From Nitrospirota bacterium (lineage in GTDB: Bacteria; JACPQY01), in assembly GCA_016180645.1 (NCBI GenBank), contig JACPAV010000003.1, positions 124,001-188,000 on the forward strand: a stretch of DNA of 64,000 bases, read 5' to 3'. Within the stretch, counting starts at the first letter, position 1, and every line of letters begins with the position of its first letter. Under the pieces are notes generated by a model. That model saw nothing but the letters and a program-made list of their open reading frames with translations. It was not told the origin of the DNA and made no database searches. Shown one piece after another: positions 56,974 through 64,000 of the stretch. The translations under genes and the position numbers were made by a program.

Positions 56974-58197
56974 TCAGGCGCGAATTGTAAAGAGGCGCAC
57001 GGGTTCGGCGCGGCCGCGGACCTGGGCCGGTTCGAGTTCGACGGCGCCGAAAGAGGCATCCAATGACTCGGCGACGGCGCCGGAAATCAGGAGGTCTGCG
57101 TTCCGTTCCTTGCACATGCTTTCCAATCGTGAGGCGACGTTCACGGTGTCACCCATCGCGGTGAATTCCGCCCGGGTGCGGCTGCCGATCAGGCCCACCA
57201 CTGCTTCTCCCGCATGGAGGCCGATCCCCATCTTGAGGGTGGGCCGATTCTCGCGCTCACGCCGGGCGTTCGTTTCTCTGAGCGCCGCCCGGAGCGCCAG
57301 TGCGGCGCGGACGGCGTCCAACCGGTGCCACGGGTTCCGATCGGGCGCCCCGAAGATCGCGAACACCGCGTCGCCGATGAACTTGTTCACATGGCCGCCG
57401 TTCTTCTCGATTACGTCCACGCTCATCTGGAAGTGCTCGTTGATGAGTTCGACAAGCTGCTGAGGAGAAAGTTTCTCGGAGAGGGTTGTGAAACCCCTAA
57501 GATCGGTGAAGAGGACCGTGATTTCGCGCCGTTCGCCTTCCATCGCCACCCCCCCTTGCAGGGCGCGGCGCGTAAGAAAATCACCCGTAAACCGGCCGAA
57601 TGTTTCCTGGAGCGACAGCTTTTCCTTGGAGTGGGTGTAGATCCTCCCGGCCTGTTGGCGTAGCGTGCGTGTCATGACGAGCGCCGCCCCGGTTCCGACC
57701 ACCAACCACCCGACGATCGCCAAATCCTCCAGCCCGCGCAGGCCCAGAAACGCGTATTGAGCGGCTACGAGACCCATTCCCAATGCGCCCGAAACGACGC
57801 CCAGCCACGGCTGGTAGAGAAAGGAGGACAGGAACAGATTGAAGACCAACACATACGCGATCGGTCGAACTCCCGTGAACCAGACAAGCCCTGCCGCAAA
57901 GACCGAATTGACCAAATGCGCGCCGACCATGACCTGGAACGGGCAGGGTTTTCTGCGCTCGTGCCATCGCAGAAGGCCGTGCCCCATCGCGCCCAGAGCC
58001 GACCCGGCCGCGATTCTCCATCCCTGTTCCCTCGTCAGGAAAAGATAGGGGAATCCGAGACCCACCGTGAGCCCGACGGCCGCCAGGGAAAGATAGAGAC
58101 GAAATTGCAGCGTGAGAATGGTGTGCCATCCCTCGCAGATTTCGGCCCGGAGTTCCGCGGCAATCGCGGGAGAGGCGGAGTTCGATTCGAGCGACAA
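56974..58197 (-). CDS. Membrane-bound class III adenylate cyclase (start approximate)
   Basis: Several TM helices, then ERREITVLFTDLRGFT, VNKFIGDA, GIGLH.G..VVG.IG, FTAMGDTVNVASRLES, VRGR.EPV; Lys/Thr specificity residues suggest ATP substrate. Confidence 0.88.
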   Translation of the reverse strand: MSLESNSASPAIAAELRAEICEGWHTILTLQFRLYLSLAAVGLTVGLGFPYLFLTREQGWRIAAGSALGAMGHGLLRWHERRKPCPFQVMVGAHLVNSVFAAGLVWFTGVRPIAYVLVFNLFLSSFLYQPWLGVVSGALGMGLVAAQYAFLGLRGLEDLAIVGWLVVGTGAALVMTRTLRQQAGRIYTHSKEKLSLQETFGRFTGDFLTRRALQGGVAMEGERREITVLFTDLRGFTTLSEKLSPQQLVELINEHFQMSVDVIEKNGGHVNKFIGDAVFAIFGAPDRNPWHRLDAVRAALALRAALRETNARRERENRPTLKMGIGLHAGEAVVGLIGSRTRAEFTAMGDTVNVASRLESMCKERNADLLISGAVAESLDASFGAVELEPAQVRGRAEPVRLFTIRA

Positions 58198-58208
58198 GGA
58201 AAGAGGCG

Positions 58209-59360
58209 CTAGGAGGGCGACTGGAGGGCCGAGAGGCCGTTGGCGAATGTGGCGTACCCATAAAATGAGGCTACCGTGAACGCCGTTTCGACGAGCTCCT
58301 CGTCCGATGCCCCCTCGGCCTTCAACTTGTGCCCCATCGACCGGAGATGATTCGCATCGCCCGGCTTGGCGGCGCCTCGCGCCCATTCCACGAGACCGGC
58401 TCGTCGCGCATCGGGAATCTCCGGGGAGAGACGGCGCATTTCCCCTTCAACCTGATCTCGCGAACGCCCCAAACGGCCCAGAACCAGGATCTGAAGCTCC
58501 TTGAGATCAGGAGAGCCCAGACCCTCGGCCACGATCAATCCAAGGTAGGATTTCGTAACGGGCTGCAAGGCGCCCTGCTCCAGCATCCGCTGATACCGGC
58601 CCCACGTGGCTTCCAAGACGCCGGGCTGAAACGCCAGCGATTCAAAGAACCCCGGGCAACATCCCAAGAGCGGATGGCGGGTGATCTGCCCGAGGATGGG
58701 CTGGGCTTGGAGAGGCGGAGGCCCGTTCCCCGCATGGGAGGATTCCTTCCTGGCCTTCCGGTTCATCATGAATCGCATGACGGGAATGAGCGTCCTTCGG
58801 CCGAAACCGGAATTCGCTGCATTCACCATTCCATCGAGATCAATGTCGAGCGACGTGGCGAACCTTGTGCCGGTCCCCATGTGCGCGGCCAGCGCGATCA
58901 CGGCGATGATTTCGTCGTCTTTGTATCCTGCATCCCGAACCTTGGCGGCATCCGCGCGACTGATCGTTTCAGGGGATCGGCTGAAGTGCCGGACAAAATC
59001 GAGGATGGCGCGGGTCTTCTCATCAAATTCCGCGGCCTCCATTTCCCGTTTCAGCGCATCGATCTCCCTCTCGGAGAACCCGCTCAGCCGAAGCATCATG
59101 GCCATCGCTCCCATGCAGTACGTACAACTGTGTTCCTGGGCGACAGCGTAGCAGACCAGATTCTTCAGCCGTTCCGGAAGGATCGAAGTGAAGTACAGGG
59201 CTTCCTCTTCCTTGAGCGCCGTCTCCAAGAGGTGGGTGTCATGAGCGAGAACCCGCATGGGATTCGGCACCGCCCCCGCGGCCGCCTTGATTCGCGCGAA
59301 CATGCTCCGGGCCTCGGGCGACGCTTCCGAATCGGTCAATGGCTTGACTACGCTGGGCAT
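58209..59360 (-). CDS. Tandem carboxymuconolactone decarboxylase/AhpD-like protein
   Basis: G.VPN..RVLAH, L.ERLK.L....VA....CTYC, AGY.DDEI; second CMD repeat lacks CxxC. Confidence 0.75.
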   Translation of the reverse strand: MPSVVKPLTDSEASPEARSMFARIKAAAGAVPNPMRVLAHDTHLLETALKEEEALYFTSILPERLKNLVCYAVAQEHSCTYCMGAMAMMLRLSGFSEREIDALKREMEAAEFDEKTRAILDFVRHFSRSPETISRADAAKVRDAGYKDDEIIAVIALAAHMGTGTRFATSLDIDLDGMVNAANSGFGRRTLIPVMRFMMNRKARKESSHAGNGPPPLQAQPILGQITRHPLLGCCPGFFESLAFQPGVLEATWGRYQRMLEQGALQPVTKSYLGLIVAEGLGSPDLKELQILVLGRLGRSRDQVEGEMRRLSPEIPDARRAGLVEWARGAAKPGDANHLRSMGHKLKAEGASDEELVETAFTVASFYGYATFANGLSALQSPS

Positions 59361-59423
59361 TGTTGATTACCGTTCCGGTCCACAACCATACGACAGCCCG
59401 GATTTTTTCGCAATGGTCCGCCA

Positions 59424-59474
59424 ACTATAGAGGCTAAGCCTCTATAGCGGCTATCGAGGCTTGGCCTCCATAGG
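59424..59474. repeat. 51-bp nested palindrome, family B copy 2 (intergenic)
   Basis: ACTATAGAGGCTAAGCCTCTATAGCGGCTATCGAGGCTTGGCCTCCATAGG. Confidence 0.8.
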
Positions 59475-59524
59475 CGTTCAGAGTTGGCTTGCCGTGTCAT
59501 CCGGGTCATGCCAAGGTGAGCGCC

Positions 59525-59944
59525 ATGAAATCCGCTCTGATGTATCTCGGTTGCGCGTTGGCGCTGGGGGTAACGCCGCTCTTTGAGAAACTCGCCTCGC
59601 GCGGCGCACCCTCGTGGATCATGATCGCCGTGCGGAGCCTGTTTGTGGGTCTTCTCTACTTCGCCGGCGCGTGGGCGTTTTCGGCGCACAAGGAGCTAGC
59701 CGGGGTGAAACCGATCCACTACCTGTGGATCGTCATCAGCGGCATCATCGGCCCGACGATCGGAATGTTCCTTTACTTCGAATTGCTCCGGAGCCAACCG
59801 ACAGCGAAGGTCGTCGCCCTCACCGCCACCTATCCCGTCTTCACGGCGATCCTCGCCACGTTCGTCCTCCGCGAGCCGTTCACCGCCGTGCAGTTCCTCG
59901 GCATCGTCCTCACCTGCGCCGGCGTGGCCCTCGTCGCCCGGTAA
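59525..59944 (+). CDS. EamA/DMT-family small transporter
   Basis: 5 TM; G..P.FEK, YF.LL......V..LTATYP.F..ILA..VL.E..T....GI.L...GV.L. Confidence 0.85.
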   Translation: MKSALMYLGCALALGVTPLFEKLASRGAPSWIMIAVRSLFVGLLYFAGAWAFSAHKELAGVKPIHYLWIVISGIIGPTIGMFLYFELLRSQPTAKVVALTATYPVFTAILATFVLREPFTAVQFLGIVLTCAGVALVAR

Positions 59945-59956
59945 GACTCCATAATC

Positions 59957-60014
59957 GGTGACAGTATATTCTATTATAGCCCATAATAGTATACGGTCAC
60001 CCATTATCCCCGCT
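59957..60014. repeat. 45-bp palindromic element, family A copy 2
   Basis: GGTGACAGTATATTCTATT...ATAATAGTATACGGTCACC plus tail ATTATCCCCGCT. Confidence 0.75.
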
Positions 60015-62615
60015 CACTTTCTCCACGTCGATTTCGTAGCGGCGGATTTCGCGGCGCATCTTGTTGTATTCCATCCCGATGATGCGGGACGCCTCTTTCA
60101 CGTTGCCCTTCGCTGTCCGAAGCGCCTTCACCATGAGCGAAACGGTCAGATCCCGCACGGCATCATCATAGGGCGCCAGGGGAATATCTTTCGTGGCCGC
60201 CGCCTGCGCCCCCGTCGAAAACGGGAGCGGCTCCCCATCCGATACGGCGCTCGCATTGCGGCTGATCCAGTTTTCCAATTCGCGGATGTTCCCGCTCCAG
60301 GTGTGATTCTGGTAGCGGATCATCTCGCGCACTTCCGGCATCCATACATGCCGGTTGTACCGCATATTGAATTCCTCCAGGATAAACGAGACGAGCCAGG
60401 GGATGTCCTCCTTCCGTTCCCTGAGGGGCGGCATGTGAACGGGAATACCGTTCAGTCGGTAGAAAAGATCCTCACGAAAGGCCCCGGAGGCGATCAGTGA
60501 CTTGAGGTCCCGGTTTGTCGCGGCGACAATCCGGACATCGATGGGAATCGATTCGTTCCCCCCGACCCGCTCGATGACGCGATCCTGAAGCACTCGCAGG
60601 AGTTTGACCTGAATCTCCGGGCGAAGGTCCCCAATTTCGTCCAGGAAAAGCGTCCCCAGATGGGCGCTTTCGAATTTCCCGAGCCGACGCTGGAGCGCGC
60701 CCGTAAACGCACCCTTCTCGTGACCGAACAGCTCGCTCTCCAACACGCCGGGCGCCAGGGCGCTGCAATTCACCGCCACAAACGCCTGCTTGGAACGCCG
60801 GCTGAACTTGTGAATCAACCGGGCCGCGAGTTCCTTCCCGCTCCCGCTCTCGCCCGTGACGAGCACCGGACTCTCCACCTGGCTCACGCGGGTTTTCACA
60901 AACTCTGAAATCTCCTTGAGTTTCGGGTTGCAGGTCACGAACGTGTACCGATCATCGATGTCCGCGGCGTATTTCCCGGCACTGTGCTTGATAACGGCGG
61001 AGACGAACGCCTGCGGCGACAGTTCAGAGAGCGAAGGGAGCACGAACGCGTTCGGGGCCTCGGGGACCGCGCTCCCGTCGGAACGCTCAACCACCGTCAT
61101 GTCATACCGCGAGCGTGGGGAATCGTCCCTCTCCTCCAGGGTCGCGAATGAATCGACCTTGAACCACGGTGACACCTTTTTCAGCCACGCTTCGGAGGGC
61201 CGGGGACCCACCAGGGCGATAGCCGGTTTCGGCCACTTCAAGAGATCTTCTCCTCGCTCAACAGCGGGCACTCCCCCGTCCGGCGCAGTCGCGGCGGTCG
61301 GCCCAGGCTGCAACGCGGAAAGACGGTCCTGCGACTCCCCTTCGAGGAATCGCTCGTCCAGAAAACCTTTCAGCCACAAGCCGGCCAGCGTCAGGAGGAG
61401 CACGTCCGCTGAATAGGCTGCCGTCCTCCATGCCATGTTCGATGGGAGCCAGGGCTCGATCAAGGCCACCGAGACGTAGGCGAGAATCGCAAGCACGATG
61501 GCCACCGCACCGTAGAGGATTCCTTTGCGGAAACCTTCGCGGCTGAACGCCATGGAAGGCTCCATCACGCCCAGCAACCAGGCCACGCCCAGGAGCAGGA
61601 TGCCCCCAAGCACGCTATCGAGCCGGACGAGACCGGAGAAGAGATCCTCCAGACGGCCGAGAGCGGAAACGAACATCGGAATTCCCAGCACCGTGGTGAG
61701 CAGCCCTGCCAGGAATAGGAGTCCAATCCAGAGCTTTTCCCGCCGATCCGAGGCGGACCGGTAGGCATGAAGCACGATGAAGGGCTCGACGGCGAAGTAG
61801 CCGATCGAGACGGTCGCATAGACAATCGCGCTCTGAAAAATATCGCTGAAATAGGCGGCATCGAGAACGCTCTCGCCGACCCGGAAATCGCGGTAGACGC
61901 TCATCGAGCGCAGGAGAACGTGGAAGAAGAACATCACGCCCGGAAGGTAGATGAGATAGACGAGCCAGGGACGCTTTTTCAGACCTGTCCGTTCCCGCGG
62001 ATAGGAGAGGGAAAGGTGGAGAGAAACAGGCGGCAGGAAGAGCACCGGACCCATCCAGAGTTGGATGAGCCACGAATAGGGCATGAGTTGAACCCATTCC
62101 TGCAAGACGGTCAGCGCGGGAATGAGGGCACACCCCGTGAGGGCCAGGAGTTGGGCCACGCGGGCCTGCGGTTTCTTCCAGAGAGCCACAAAGCCCGCCA
62201 CGAGGAAGACCAAGCCCGTCACGAACCCGAGCAGGGCCGGACCGAGTCTCCCGTAGGGCTGGAGCGTGAGTGGGCGCTCGATATGCACGCCCGAGTGCTC
62301 GACGGTGAACGTCACTTCCCGTCCCGCTTTGAGGGTCCGGCGAATGAGAAACAATTCCACGATCCCGTGGACATCCTTCCCATTCACGGAGACGATCGTG
62401 TCTCCTCTTTGGAATCCGGCCCGGCCCGCCGGACTCTCCGGATCCACCGAAGTCACCACGGGGCTGAGCGCCGTGTGAAATCCGGAATAAGGCGAGCGAT
62501 AAAGAACGACAAGGGCCACGAAGGCGAGGAGTGTGCCTAGTACCGCCGGCACGCCCAGCCACAGGAGAGGACGCCGGTCCTTGTCCTCCAGCGTCTCGCG
62601 CCAACCCATGGTCAC
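59997..62615 (-). CDS. Membrane-integral sigma54-dependent activator: TM-PDZ-multiTM-AAA+-Fis HTH
   Basis: V.P.SPA.RAG..GD.I..VNG (PDZ); several TM helices; [59 protein letters not shown]-terminal HTH. Confidence 0.9.
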   Translation of the reverse strand: MTMGWRETLEDKDRRPLLWLGVPAVLGTLLAFVALVVLYRSPYSGFHTALSPVVTSVDPESPAGRAGFQRGDTIVSVNGKDVHGIVELFLIRRTLKAGREVTFTVEHSGVHIERPLTLQPYGRLGPALLGFVTGLVFLVAGFVALWKKPQARVAQLLALTGCALIPALTVLQEWVQLMPYSWLIQLWMGPVLFLPPVSLHLSLSYPRERTGLKKRPWLVYLIYLPGVMFFFHVLLRSMSVYRDFRVGESVLDAAYFSDIFQSAIVYATVSIGYFAVEPFIVLHAYRSASDRREKLWIGLLFLAGLLTTVLGIPMFVSALGRLEDLFSGLVRLDSVLGGILLLGVAWLLGVMEPSMAFSREGFRKGILYGAVAIVLAILAYVSVALIEPWLPSNMAWRTAAYSADVLLLTLAGLWLKGFLDERFLEGESQDRLSALQPGPTAATAPDGGVPAVERGEDLLKWPKPAIALVGPRPSEAWLKKVSPWFKVDSFATLEERDDSPRSRYDMTVVERSDGSAVPEAPNAFVLPSLSELSPQAFVSAVIKHSAGKYAADIDDRYTFVTCNPKLKEISEFVKTRVSQVESPVLVTGESGSGKELAARLIHKFSRRSKQAFVAVNCSALAPGVLESELFGHEKGAFTGALQRRLGKFESAHLGTLFLDEIGDLRPEIQVKLLRVLQDRVIERVGGNESIPIDVRIVAATNRDLKSLIASGAFREDLFYRLNGIPVHMPPLRERKEDIPWLVSFILEEFNMRYNRHVWMPEVREMIRYQNHTWSGNIRELENWISRNASAVSDGEPLPFSTGAQAAATKDIPLAPYDDAVRDLTVSLMVKALRTAKGNVKEASRIIGMEYNKMRREIRRYEIDVEKVSGDNG

Positions 62616-63316
62616 TCCGCGGTTCTTGGGGACACGGGTGCGAGACTGGCCCCTCCCAGGAATTCTTCCAAACTGATGATCCGCGTCTTGGGTCCCGGTT
62701 TGTAGGTAAAGGTCTCAACTTCGAATGCCTTTGCCTCTGCAAATCCTTCCAGCTTGATTTTGACCCTCTCTCCCATGGAGCCTTTCATTTCAAATCCGGT
62801 GAGGACGGGCGGATCACCCTTGACGTAGAGTTGGATGGGACCGGTCCGGGTTTCCGCCTTGGGCATGAGCAGGATCAGCCACTCGCCTTCTTTGCCCATC
62901 GCTGGGGTCACCTCGAACATTTTCTTGAAATCCCCCACCCCCGTGAGAAAGGCATAGCCCATCGGCCCGACCGCATCTGGAGCAAAGGCCCATGAAATCG
63001 CTTCATCCCGTTTCCAGTTGACGAGCCAGAGGTTCCGACCGTCAATGATGATGTCGCTCTTGTCCGGGTCTTCGTAGTCCCACCGCATCCTTGATGGGAT
63101 CATGACATTGACCCGCCCCTTGCGGGTGAAGGGCACATCGGAGCGCGGCAAACGCGTTTCTTCGGAAAAACGAGCGGAGTATCCCTTGATGGAACGGTAG
63201 TAAGCCTGTACCCGATCGACGATGTCGCCCGAAGCGTGAGCCCGCGAACCCGTGAGCCCGTGAACCAGTGAACCAGTAAGAATGAGAAGGAAAGTCTGAG
63301 CGGGACGCCGGATCAC
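62612..63316 (-). CDS. lolA: Outer-membrane lipoprotein carrier protein LolA-like
   Basis: Signal peptide; VQ..Y..I....A.F.E, G.V....P.RMRWDY..P....II.DG..LW, F.Y.P. Confidence 0.75.
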   Translation of the reverse strand: MIRRPAQTFLLILTGSLVHGLTGSRAHASGDIVDRVQAYYRSIKGYSARFSEETRLPRSDVPFTRKGRVNVMIPSRMRWDYEDPDKSDIIIDGRNLWLVNWKRDEAISWAFAPDAVGPMGYAFLTGVGDFKKMFEVTPAMGKEGEWLILLMPKAETRTGPIQLYVKGDPPVLTGFEMKGSMGERVKIKLEGFAEAKAFEVETFTYKPGPKTRIISLEEFLGGASLAPVSPRTAE

Positions 63317-63343
63317 GGGGTCACGGGGTCACTGGATCACGAC

Positions 63344-64000
63344 TCACGGCCACCAAGGAGGCGAGCCGAATTCTCTGCACAGCGGATTCGTGATGCACGA
63401 GAGATGTCCGCCGGCGTTGACGCACTCCTCCAGGCTGTCCGTGACGAAACCGTCCAGCCGCTCCGAACCGGATTTCCGCCAGATGTCATCATTCACGAAA
63501 CATTCGCACATCATGGCATCCGGATCGGTGGGCGTAACGTTGCGAATGTATCCGTAGCGGAAAAGCGTCCCCGCCTGCTGCTGCGCGGCCTGCGTCAAGT
63601 CGATATCCAGGTACCCGTTGCCTTTCGCGTGGTCGCCTTCGATGGACTCGTCTTCGAATCCATCAAGCCGACGATTGCCCTCCGGACCGTTCGCGTTCGT
63701 CTCCGGACAATAATTGTCTCCGGACGGATCGGGATTCTCGTAGGGATCGTAGCCGTCCTCGGAGGAATTGAAAATTCCTTTGCCGTCGGCGCCGTCCCTC
63801 CCGATATCCTCATAGGGTATCGGCAGGAGGTACCATGCGTGTTGATCGGCATTGTAGGGGCGGAAGCCGGAAAAGTACCGGCCGTCGCGCGTCTCTTTCG
63901 TCCACGACAGTTCCGAGATCAGCGGCGCCCGTGTGTTCTCGGTCCCTTCCTCGCCGGAGCCGAAGCACGTAGCGCCGGGATCCAGCACCATGCACGCCTG
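63344..64000 (-). CDS. C-terminal part of an Asp/Gly/Cys-rich, probably secreted Ca-binding protein (runs off window edge)
   Basis: PYEDIGRDG.DG, DPSGDNY, GPEGNRRLDG.ED, GNGYLD motifs; frame open to the window end. Confidence 0.6.
   Translation of the reverse strand, partial: QACMVLDPGATCFGSGEEGTENTRAPLISELSWTKETRDGRYFSGFRPYNADQHAWYLLPIPYEDIGRDGADGKGIFNSSEDGYDPYENPDPSGDNYCPETNANGPEGNRRLDGFEDESIEGDHAKGNGYLDIDLTQAAQQQAGTLFRYGYIRNVTPTDPDAMMCECFVNDDIWRKSGSERLDGFVTDSLEECVNAGGHLSCITNPLCREFGSPPWWP

Overview
GC-rich bacterial chromosomal window. The gene content (CsrA-FliW, HDOD, sigma54 activator, MYXO-CTERM-like sorting signal) suggests a deltaproteobacterial/Myxococcota-like lineage; this is inference. 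1-16.5 kb is mostly housekeeping on the minus strand: IorA-like N-terminus, DUF1285-like gene, oppABC, a divergent EF-G paralog, a Tat-exported DUF362 protein, class II ribonucleotide reductase with a sigma70 promoter and two NrdR boxes, trmFO, topA and an HDOD pair. 16.5-40.2 kb is a cell-surface block: an FN3 lipoprotein, two giant paralogous acidic lipoproteins, csrA-fliW, and GT2 + GNAT + DUF2723-like glycosylation genes. It also holds an operon of two giant Cys/Asp-rich, BPI/LBP(TULIP)-like proteins flanking a beta-propeller lipoprotein. 40.4-64 kb is accessory: B12 radical SAM/TetR, HEPN-MNT pair, TldD-like pseudogene, TetR-TolC-MFP-RND-TolC-RND efflux operon, DUF5618-like gene, tandem AhpD/CMD + adenylate cyclase, EamA, a membrane PDZ-sigma54 activator, lolA and a partial Asp-rich protein. 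No rRNA, tRNA, CRISPR array or transposase was seen. The best candidate for an undescribed system is the TULIP-like surface-protein operon, which runs in frame, across a single TAG, into a TMEM260/DUF2723-like glycosyltransferase. Also notable: a structured GGA-hairpin element together with an atypical CsrA, and several small palindromic or tandem repeat families sitting in signal-peptide regions and gene ends. All family assignments come from motif recognition by eye, without database searches.
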